From Klebsormidium nitens (taxonomy: Eukaryota; Plantae; Klebsormidiophyceae): a stretch of DNA of 64,000 bases. Shown here one piece after another: positions 35,347-46,600 of the stretch; within the stretch, counting starts at the first letter, position 1, and the number at the start of each line of letters is the position of its first letter. The stretch covers positions 1 to 64,000 of the forward strand of contig DF237188.1 of NCBI GenBank assembly GCA_000708835.1, given 5' to 3'. The notes under the pieces are model-generated. The model had not been told where the DNA came from and did no database searches. It saw nothing but the letters and a program-made list of their open reading frames with translations. A program made the translations under genes and the position numbers.

Positions 35347-37393
35347 ATGCCGTACAAGCCGACAGTCGAGCAGACTTCAAACTGGGTTTCAAGCCTCTGC
35401 AAAGGTAATTGCATTTTACCAGGAGCCAAGTATCAGATCTGAAGCAGATGAATGTGCCTAGCGCGCTTAGAATAAAATCTGACGTCCATCTAGTCCTTGT
35501 CCTTGGATCAGGTCTTGCTTTTCGCTTTTCTTTCCTGCTTCAAGCCTCATTCAGAGGGGGTTTCTTTCAGGTGACCTACTCTCATTCGCACAGGATGTAA
35601 CATGCGGAAGCAAGAAAGGAAAGTCTAGAAAAGACTACGTGGCTTTTCTGTTGCAGAGTGCGCTGTCTGCGCCGAAGAGAAGCCGATTGCCGATTTTGAA
35701 CGGCCCACAACTCTCTGTTCCCACGCTCTGATAATCTGCAGGTGAGAAGGCGTTATGGATCACCGAAGATGTCAGAAGAAGTTTCTTGTGCAACAATTCT
35801 GAATGTGCATGACAGTGTAAGATCGCGGGACCCACATAACGCGAGTCGATTCAGTGACAACCTATTTCGGTTCTTACGGTGGTTCCGATCCTGAGTTATG
35901 TAGGGGCTTGCTGAGACCCCACTTCGGCCTCTCAGCTGAGAACACGGTTTGGCGGCGTAAAGAACAGTAACCAGAAGTCCCTCTCAATCCCCACGGGCTG
36001 CTCGGCTTGAATCAGTACGCATCTTTAAGCTTATGACCCAGAAAAAAGCAATCTAGCACCTATCTAGCACACCTTTCCGACAGCTTGTCTTAGATATCTT
36101 TGGAGGCACAGCCTTGTAATCGGAATATGCCGCAGGGAACCAATCCGACACGCTAGCTTATTCGATTGCGGGGTAACTTCCAGTCAGAGGACTAAGATAT
36201 GTTCGTTTCATCTTTCAGGCGATGTGTTCAGAGAAGTCTCGTCGTGGCGGTGATTGAAAACGGTGTGACTGATCAGGCGCTTCTGTGTCCGTCTTTCGAC
36301 TGCACGTCAGCATTCAAGTTGACGGACTTGCAGCGTTCTTTGACGAAGGTGCGTCTTCATTTCGTGAATCGCTGGGGAGTGTGTATACACTTTCCAATAT
36401 TTGGCCTTCCTGAAGAGCCCTTTTGAGACTTCCTAGTGGGCTAGTTCCTTCTCTCACCAATAGCCTTATCTGCCGTCGTTCAGACTTGCAAATATAAGCT
36501 TCTGGTACCAGTTTGGGCAATCCAGATACGCCTATTACTTGTGTCGCTTTCTACAGAGTATTCCTTGACTCTCAAGTTGGACATTCAGAGAAGAATTCAA
36601 GCTCGGACCCGGCAATCCTTGAAAGAGACATATGAGATACTTTGGAAATGTCATCGTCTCCTCGAGGAGACACAACCATCTGAATCTGCTTCTTGCGAAA
36701 TACAGTGACCTCAAGTCCAGGAATCACCCCTGACTCCCTCTAAATCTGAACTTCAGCTCCACCTAGCTAGATCTCTTCTGCAGTCCACGATCCAGAAAGC
36801 CGGCTTGACGACTCCGGTCACACATCTCGACTCTTTCCGCAGGACACGTGGTGCTCGCCACTTACGAACATCTGTCGTCTCAGCGCGCGCTTGAAGCGGA
36901 CCCCGGATTCCGGTGGTGCCCCCGGAACGGATGCGGAAACGGTCAACTCGTAGACGACATTGAAGGGAGCCGCTTCTGGACTTGCTCTGAATGCAAATGC
37001 AAGATCTGCATACGTCACCGGAGCCTTTTCCACGACGGACTGACGTGCGACGACTTCGACAAACTAGCCACGTGGAAGGGGAGATGGCTCAGAGTGGCGG
37101 CGAGAGCGTTCCGCCCGTTCCGGTGGCGGCGGGCTCAGCGGCTTCCGGCGGGCGAGGAGGGGGCGGCAATTGACGCCGAAGAGCGAAGAGCGCGCGAGCT
37201 GGCCGCGCGGAAGCGCGAGGAAGCCGCAAGCCTCGCGGCGCTCAGGAAACTGCGCGTTAAGAGGTGCCCAAAATGTGGGCAGGGGCTGCAGAAAACCGGC
37301 GGGTGTGATCATTTCATATGCGCATCACCTGCCGGCTGCCAGGCGCAGTTTAACTGGAGTGGGGCGGACTGGGCCGGAGGTCGATCGGCGTGA
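35347..37393 (+). CDS. RBR-family (RING1-IBR-RING2) E3 ubiquitin ligase
   Basis: Exons 35347-35404, 35657-35741 and 36219-36348 give RING1 (CAVC...CSHALIICRRCV...CPSFDC). The exon ending at 37393 gives IBR (FRWCPRNGC...CSECKCKICIRHRSLFHDGLTC) and RING2 (KRCPKCGQGLQKTGGCDHFIC). The start and the 36348 to ~36843 junction are not fully resolved. Confidence 0.85.
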
Positions 37394-39004
37394 ACGAAGA
37401 GCATTGTACTGACAATCAAGAACCAGGCGTCAAGCGGTATCTATTTTGTCCCTGTGTAGGGTTCAGCAATATTGTTCGAAGAACCTTATAATGCGGTTGA
37501 ATTTGCAGGGTCATCTGTGAGCCTGAAGCTTGATGTGCGAGGATTCACTGCGAAAGATTTACTCTTCACTCTCTCTTGCGTCGCCTAAATGCCGGTTGAC
37601 CCATCTCGCTCACACTAAATTGGGTAAGAAGAGGTCGTTTGGTTTGCTTGCTACGTAATCACTTCAGTTCGTACATGACAATTTCATATGGCTCAATTTT
37701 GATGGAGACCCACTACCATCTTTGAATGTGAAGCACTGGCGGCGCCCCTAAGGCAGGCGTACTTGCTAACGGGCTGTCAGTGGTACGGCTGCCCACGTTA
37801 ATATTTGAACACGCATTTTTTGCCTTGTAAGATTATAAAACGATCGGGAATGCTGAAGGCCAAAACTATCACGTGGGATTCACTTACCCTCTGACACCGC
37901 ATAATCGTTGTCCAAGCTCGGCTAAATCTGAGCCGTTAGGGCTTACTTTACACTGTACTTCTCAGCATACAGCTTCAAGAGATTCGACGACTAGTCAGCC
38001 GCAAAGCTTTCAGAGTTTTGATGCGCAGTACATGGGCGTCAAGCGATCGAGGGTACACTTGTACGCAATGAGGAGCTCGCAGAAGACTCGGCTCTTGCAA
38101 GTTACGACAAGCAAGAATCTCGAAGAGCATAACATGAGCCGTACGCGTCTTCTCTATTTATTACTAGCTCATTGTGAAGCAGACCCTAAGTGTCTCTTCA
38201 TTTCCTCGGTGGCGTCATTTATATAGAGATTAAAAACTCAGAAAGACACGGCTTAGGTAGATATAAAAATTCTCTTCGAGAACGGAACATCGATTGTACG
38301 ATTATTGGACTCATGAAGCTCACATAAAGAGATGCGGGGCATTGAGCATTTCATAGTGATCTTGAGCATGTGGTTTTTACATAATATCGTTGGCGCAAAA
38401 GCATCGCAACCGGAACCATCCTGATCTCTACTTGTAGTCAGTTCTTAATACAGATACCTTTTCCTATCATACAAAGTTGCTAACTTCTTAGTCGCTCTTT
38501 ACGAGGAACCAGTATGGGTTCCTTTGCATCATGACCTAAGCTTGAAATATGTTGTAAGCTTGATGTACGGCGCTTTTATTGACAATCTGTATCTGGTTAA
38601 ATGTTATCTTACCCACAGATACCATTGGGTTTCATGCGAAAGGAGCAATCTCGTCAATCACGATAAGCTGAGAGTTGACGGTTTCAAGCTCTTGAATGAA
38701 ATGCAAAAGACACTACTCTGATTCACAGAGTCTGCTGAAACCAACCACATACAACAGGAACCCTGGAAGAAACCACCCGACCTGCAGCCGTTCTCGATTG
38801 GCACCCTACGTTCTGATAGCTGTCCATGCTCTATACAAATAACACAAAGTCACCTTTCAATCACTGAAAGAGGGCAGAACGCTTCTGAGCTTTTTCTTCT
38901 GGCCTCGATTCGTACTTCAGAATCACTCTTTTCAGAGCAATTTTCAACTCGCTTCGAGCCACCATCTTCCGTGTCTGCTCAGCATCCCGAAGTCCGTCTC
39001 AAGA

Positions 39005-40732
39005 ATGGCGCCCAAATCCAGCCCTGCTGCCACCGCTTGCTTCCTTCTCCTCATGGCTGCAGCAGGGGTTGCGCAGGTAAGAGATTTCTTAGTCTAATCT
39101 ACCGAAAGGTCTCTTACCTGTGGCTTATGCAGAGTGAGTATCGATTGTAATCAAGCTGCTTCGAAGAAGATTTTGCTACAACCAGAATATTTTTTGTTGA
39201 GTGGAAAACACCTCCAGAACACCCGTTCACTCATAACTGCAGTTTGGAGACTAGCTTGATATTCTGCTTCTGTAGTCGCTGCTTCGAGCCGCATGCAGCC
39301 TTCGCCGGCTGATGTCTACCATGCTGTATTGAAGTTCGCGTTTTAATCCTTTGCAGAGCCCTTACACATTCTCAATGTTCCGGATCCAAGATGGAAAACA
39401 CCCCAAGTCTGATTGATTTCATAACCTGTCAGCCATCTGTTCCGCTCTTGACAACAGTTGATTGCCTTCTTTATGCTACAGGTTTTGGCGGGGACCGGCC
39501 CTGGGGAAAAGGACACCGAAATTGGCGCTGAACGTCGTAGCCCCAAAGGTTAGTCTGCTATTAGCCTAGGCACCCCAACCTTCTGCCAAAGATCTCGAAT
39601 ATAATCAGAAGAGCGTACATCCATTACGAAACATCCACCCATTAACAATATGTCGTACGGATGGCACCTCCGAATATTCCAAATCACCCTTGACACACGC
39701 AGCTTACAGAGTCGAGCGCGAGAATCATCCACAGGCTTGGATATTTTTTCTTGCAGTGCTTGAGACCCACTCTCTTCAATCATGACTGGCAAAAGCAATC
39801 CTAAGTAAAAGAAGTCTCGAGAGCGCGTTGATCGGAATGAAGCCCCATCATAACCCAAAAGTCTCCAAACCGGGTTCCCATTCCATGCAGTCGTTCCATC
39901 GAAAACTGGGGCTGTCGGCAGAAAGCTCCTGAAGGACGAGTACGTGTACGAGGAAGTGCGCGACCCGGCCGTCACGGCTGAGCTGCACCGGATGCTGGGC
40001 ACCGGCAAACACAAGACGGCGCAGTTCATGGTGGCGCCCGGGCCGAATAGCATCAACCAGACCCAGATCGGTGAGATACATTTTGTTTTATGCCAAAGAT
40101 GTTTCAGAGAAGCCAGAAGTACGGCAGAACACCTAGCTCCAGAGAGAGGGGAGTCGTATTGTGTGGTTTTTTAGATTTAGGCTTGCTCTCTGCGTCAGGA
40201 TGACTTTGTTGATGGAGGCGCCTCCTTCTGGCCAAAGCCCGTTGGCAGCAAATCGTCCTTTGTTTCTAAAACGATCCCAAGGCCTTTCCCAAAGGGAAGT
40301 AACCTTGTGCAAACTTACGATATTAAACATGACAAGCAGGTCAAGGTTGAACGCCAGATCTTTACTTGTCCTTTTCATTTTCCAGCTTTGAACGGGCTGT
40401 CCGACGGGACCATCAACCAAGTGCAGCAAGGTAAGACGAGTTCCCTTAAGCTACATAGTCTGGTCCGACCTGTTTGACCAAGCTTTTACACACAGGCATG
40501 CAATCAATGTGTCTCGAATTCTGTCACCGACACCACCTCCATTCCCAAGTATGTCTCTATGTTGCAGAAGGACGAGTTGGCGTCAGGCTGTAGAACAGAT
40601 GAAACTTCTCAAGAACTTCGTCCTGATACGTGTTTGTTTGCTCTTCGTGTGACAGCTGTCAGCCAGCTGGGCAGCGGGTACAACACGGCAATCCAAATCG
40701 TCATCATTAACGAGAAGGGCGTCTGTCCTTAG
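39005..40732 (+). CDS. Small secreted protein (146 aa) with RKLL motif and Asn/Gln-rich C-terminus
   Basis: Exons 39005-39076, 39482-39548, 39891-40070, 40386-40430 and 40656-40732 join in phase (441 nt). Exon 1 is a signal-peptide-like MAPKSSPAATACFLLLMAAAGVAQ. Confidence 0.75.
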
Positions 40733-41389
40733 CAACCCAAGCATCGACTTGGCTGGTTAGAATTTGTCTTTCCATAGACAGTACTCGTTTATTATGGTCA
40801 AATTCCTTTGCGGAGTGTATCTCCAATGAGCCAGAGCTACTTCCCCGGCTGATCAGGCTAATTACCAAGTCTGAAGCTTGAATTTCTTGAGATACAAATC
40901 GTCTTTTCTCAGCCGTAGAGCGTATCAACCGCCCAGTGACATCAAACGAAGTTGGCTCCGTACAAAACATGAGGCTGGAAGGGCATCAAAGTTGGACCCC
41001 ATTTACTTGTGGGTTCAACCTACGTGAGGCAAACGGTTACTGCATCCGCCTTCGAATGTCAAACGTTGATGTGCGAAGAACATAGAATGATTGGCTGTTT
41101 CTACAAGACCTAATTAACGCAAACGATTATCTGAGCGACTGCATAACGTGATAACGCCGATGATGTGTACGTCTACCAGTATGAATGGTTACTCATGGGA
41201 ATGTTTATCTGACTGCACACCACTAATCCACCGCTGATTATTTTTTCAAAGTGCATGCGGCATGACATTGGATATCGATAAGTAAGCTCCTGGTCTGATG
41301 TGCTTTATGATAGTGCACCAACGCACAATTTGATTACAAGACGTGTCTAACAGTCTTGTAATGCACTGCAGCGGATCTGGTCATCGATC

Positions 41390-42525
41390 CCACTCTCAGC
41401 GTCCACTGGCAGGCAACATCTTCGCTCTACTTAAGGCTCGAGTTTTCGGACAAGGGGAAAGCACGAGCAGCGAGAGCGAGTATAGGAACCGAGAATCTAC
41501 TTCAAGCGGAACTTGTGATACCGCATCCGCGAAGGGTCCCTCCCTCGAGCGACTCTCCTTCAAACTCTCTAGTAACATCCGCCGGAAGTTCTCCCTCAGT
41601 CTGTGAAGATTCCTGCACTGAGCTGACTTGAGGCGGGGGAAAGTGGAAGGAGACGTTCTTCCCGTCTCTTTCGCTATCTCTTCTGGTCTCCTTTGAAGTG
41701 ACTGGGTCTTTTCCATCCTTTGCAAAACTCTCCTTGGTGGCCTCTTTCTCCTCAAATCGCGGCGCGCGCCTCACCTGACCCAATCTTCTGCGGCCTGTTC
41801 AGGCTTGATTGTCCTGCCGCCTAAACTACGGTTGTAGCCTCAGGAAGGTTGCGAACGAGTTTCGTCGAGCCGTTTATCTTTGGAACGACTACTACTAGTG
41901 CCGCAAGCTCAGTGCTCTGCGCGGGCTGAGGAATGGCTGCTGGGCTGGAGACGATGAATGCAGCAGCGGAAAAGGGGGCTCCTTCCGCGGTAGAACCGGA
42001 ACGCGCGCTTACTGGTAAAACGGGGCTGCTGTCTCCGGGGGGCGCTCGTTGCAGGACGAGTTACATCTCCTCCTTCTAATCCGTGAGTCTGGCCTTGGTT
42101 AATCGCGCCTTCCGGAACCGGGTTGCGGATGGCCCCCCGTTTGACGGCCACATCTGGCCGTGGACACTTATTACCGCCTCGGAAGAAAGCTCTCCCGCTC
42201 TCCACTGACCTCTCTGATCTGCCCGGTACACGCCCGAAAGACTGTGCGACGCCTTAGTTTGCAGCGTGACCGGCCCTTCTTCCTCCATGAGGATTTTCCC
42301 CCTCGCGCACAACACGTCTCCGGTCGCCTCCGCCGGAATCCGCGCACCTTTATCCGCCAGCCGCGCGGCATCCTTTCGCATAGTTTTCTCCGCGGCCTGT
42401 CTGCGTCACGAGTCCGTTTGGGCAGACTGAGGGGCCTGCAACCCCGCAGTCTCCGCGTGAGCACGCTCAGAGACTTTGGTAGCGGCAGTAGTGCTGTCCA
42501 GCTTTTGGCTGCTCGCATCCTGTGA
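41390..42525 (-). pseudogene. Possible decayed low-complexity coding sequence
   Basis: GC-rich stretch with overlapping partial minus-strand frames broken by stops and frameshifts; no recognisable domain. Confidence 0.25.
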
Positions 42526-43600
42526 TTTGCAGCGGGATGAAGTCTGAGAAGTCTTCTAAGCTTCTTCAGAGTCGGTCGAAAAGTTCCGCTCGGCCGCCGG
42601 GGCCTCCCATCTCGTCCACTTTGGTTCAGCAGAGCATACGAATGCTGAGCTGGCGCACGAGATTGCTTAAAAAGGTTCAGATAGCTGCTCCAATTCAACA
42701 AGGAGGATACAAGAATTTGCACATCGCATGCGGTCCTGTTTATGTCTAAATGAAACGCGACACTTCAAGCAAGAATTTGACTTGGAAGCCGCGGCGCGTC
42801 GGCTGGCCGCTGCCGCGCAGAGCGGCCGCGCCATCTGACGGCGGGCCCAATGCAGGGTTTCAGGGTCCCGGTAACTGCGGAATTCAGAAACCTTACCGTA
42901 CCGTACCGACGTCATCTGTGATGAAACTCTGACGACCACCGTCCAGGCCGCCGACGTCGGCTGGAGGCGACGTCACACTTTTGTCGCATGCGCGCCCGGA
43001 TCTCGGGTATCTTGGCGGCCAATCAGATCAGTCGGTGGAGGGACCTCCCAAGTTCCCAGCAGCAGACAGCGAAGCTGCAGACTGACATTCACACAGTTGG
43101 TTGGTGCAGGAAGATGTCCGAATGTGAATGCGCATTGGCAAATACTCCGAAGCTGCCGGGATGTACGGGTGTACGGAGTCGGATTCCATTTGCCGGCCGG
43201 GGGCGGCAATGCGACGCCAGTCTATCATGTACCTTAGTACGAGCTCGAATCAGCCAGTGTGAAGATATCCTACCTGCATGGGTGGTTTTGTGCATTTATG
43301 ATGTGAGCTGAGACGGAAGCAGCACTAGCCAGACTGCATTACAGGATACAAGCTGAGCAAGTTGAGTAATTGCGGCTCTACTGTACAGCTTGCTGGATGT
43401 CTTGTGAGCCGCCTACAAAAGATATCTGAAAGCGCCTCCACATTCACCAGAACCTCGATAAATCCCCTAAGCTCAACATTCTCCAATTCCACATTCTGCG
43501 CAGCTGGCACGACAGAAGAGCGCCGCATCGCTTCTGTTGCTGGAAGACAAGCCATCTTAGTGAATTCTCAACGCTCAACACCGAGAGCTAGCTGGAAACC

Positions 43601-46600
43601 ATGGCGTCCGTCCTTTTGTTCCTTTGCTCCGCATTGCTCCTGAGCCAGTCGGCCGCTGCGTCGCGCGCCTTTGGAGCGCGCCGCTCCCTGCTGGATGACG
43701 AGATCAAGCCGGCCCCGGCGTCAATCGGCGCGGCGGTCCCGCTGGCTTACTTTGGGCCTGCTCCATCTTCGGTGAGTTGGAATTAACGGGTCCCAGTGGT
43801 TTCTTCACAATGGTCCGTTTCTGTGTGAAGGCCGGGTTTGCAGCGGAAGCAGTTGCGCACCGCGCATGTCAGCTGCAAGAAGTGGTTGTTGAGTCTGGGC
43901 TGCGAAAGCAGTGCATTGTGTGACTTGACGATCATTTTGAAGCCCGATCTTGACCTCTTTCCTGGTTGCGTCAAGCTAGGTCGATGGTGAGATTACACCA
44001 TGCACTGCGCATATTGTGATTTGATTGCGCACACTGGTGCATGGTGTCAATTTCAGCAGCCTGTGTACAGATTGAAAGACTGACTGATGTCTCACCGAAT
44101 CTTAAATCAATTGACTGATACGGGGCTACAACAAGTCTATGTTTGTGGACAATATCAGTTGAATGCTACTTGCTATATGGTCACCATCTAATCTCCTTGC
44201 AGCTAGACGGTCAGTCAGACTGAGCAGACTGTGTCTGCTTGGGATTTCAATCAGTGGTTTCGAGAGTCCTGATGCAATTCTCTAGGCACTAGAATGTGTT
44301 CCTCCTTTGGCTTCTTGGAATACTCTCTTACAGCCTAGCAGCTTGTGAATCTGTCACATCGATCTCAAGCTGGGAGATCTCGTCTGAGAGCAGGGAAGAC
44401 TGCCAAAGCCCTCAGGACCGGACCCCCTCTTCTACTACTGTCACAGTCGACATGAAGCATACCTCAAAAGCGTCCTTATAAACGTCTGTCCGAGTTACAT
44501 CAGGCATCGGATACTCCCAGAGGACGCTTTTCAGGATCAGTTTTGCTCCCTTGAGAATCTGCTGTTCTGACCAACGCTCGGTCGCTAATTCTGTTCCAGG
44601 TTATGAAGGAGCTGGTGGGTTCCGTTCCAGCTGCTCACGTCCGGCACGATCGACCTCGACGCGGGTACGATGACGATGCCCCTGTACCGTGGGATGGTGG
44701 TAAGTCGGCCGGGGCTCATTGCATGATTTTGGCAGTGCGCAAAGGCGGGTCTTGCTAAAAAGCTGATGCTTGATTTGTCTGGGGCACTGGTGGATAGAGG
44801 AAATTGGTGATCACTGGACTGGTTCCTTGAGCCGGGCCTGGTAGTGGCGCCTACAATCTGTGTAATGGTCATGGCTTATCCAGGGCGGTTGCTCGAGTCT
44901 GTTTTTGGGTTCTTCTGTGGTTGCTTCTAGATAAGCCTTTAATTTAGCTTTGAAACAGCCACGGATGGTGTGGAAAATGTAAGAGAGATTGCAGAACGAT
45001 AGAAATCGTGTCTACGAGGGGTTCAGGCATGAGATCACAACTCGTAGCTGGAGCGAGAAAGTGACAGCTGTCAGTGCGTGATATGCGCAGGCGGGAGCAA
45101 GCAACTCAACGGGGACGGCCAGCAGGGCGGCTTCCTCGACCTCCGGAGCGACCGTCTGGTGAGCAGAGAGACTAATGTGGGAGCATTTCTGAAGCAAAGC
45201 TTTTCGAAACAATCATGTTTCGATGACTTTGAACAAGAGTGGTGCGCCAGTCTTGAAATTCACATACAAGAAAGAAGCTTTCACTAAGCCACACCCCCAA
45301 CATTCTCGCTGCTCAGCATGCTTCTCTGTATGATGTCTTTCTGTATGTGAAGTCTTTTTCTCGCACGTAGACAAGTCTTACAATAAATCAGCATCAATGA
45401 CTCCCGACGTTTCTGGATGCATAGCCAGATGCAATCATTTTTGCTTCTAAATGGCAAAATGTACGCTCTTTCTAACAGTCGACATGTAACGACGTCTCCA
45501 ATCAGCACGCAAGCTGCATCTCGTTCTGACACGAGCACCGCGTTTCCTCGCAGGTACGTTCTGACGGATACGAGCGACTTTCAGAACGCCGCCGCGCTCG
45601 GCCTCAACCCCTCCGCCAAGCTGACGTATGGCAACGCCCCGGGAGCGGCCCGACAGGTGAGCTGACGTCACTTTATAAACACCGCAACGTCAGTCTCGAA
45701 AGAGCCAGCACACCCCTTCTTCGTCGAGCTCGCTGACGATCGGACTAGCGTTTTCGATCCGGATGTGCTGCTTACGCTGCCCTGCCTCCGTGCCAGCTGG
45801 ATTTGGAATGGTAGTTCACGTTCTTCCTTCGGAAATTGGGCGCCAACTTCGCTTGCCAGAAGCTCAAGCACTAAGTTGGCTTCTCGAGTCGCCGTCTTTG
45901 ACTCCCTTTCCCTTTTCCACCTTGCAGGCGACTCTTCTGAACGATGGCACTCTTCTCTTCGCTTCTGGCATGGTCGACTTTTCCCCGGTGCACAACATCG
46001 TCCCGGGGGATGCCCCCAACTACTTCCCCCCGAAGAACGTTACCGCCGGCTCCAAGGGTGGGTCATCTTAACCCGCCGAAAGTATCTTGTCTTTTTCTGG
46101 CTTGGCTCGCTCTCGTGTCTTCCACTTATTTTGAACAAGCCTCGAGAATCTCTCTGGAAGAAGGGTCTGATGAGTCAGTCCGGAAATGAGCTTTCCAGAC
46201 TGCACAGCTCTAATTGTTGTAAACATCCGCTTCCCACCGGTCGCCTAAAAAGAGCGATACCAACCTGGAGGCCCCACGTCATCGAATTGAGTACGGTGTT
46301 TTTCTCCCAGATCTTTAGGGAACGGCCGCAGCTTTGCCGCGCAAGTAGCTTCCTGATGGCCCTTTTTTCGAAAGTCTCGTCTTGTCCAGTTCCTAGCAAC
46401 AACCTTCTCGCAGACGTCGACTTGGTTTACACGTTCTCGACAGTCTGCTCAGGTTTGACGTTTTGCCCGCTCAGGGAAGCACGACCTTCTTTTTGTGATA
46501 GATGAGACTTCTGAAGCTTTTGACTTTGACTGAGGGTTACACGCCCTTTTCGCACTCTTTTTCAGTTGACTGCGAGAAAGACCTTCATCTTTTTCCGAGG

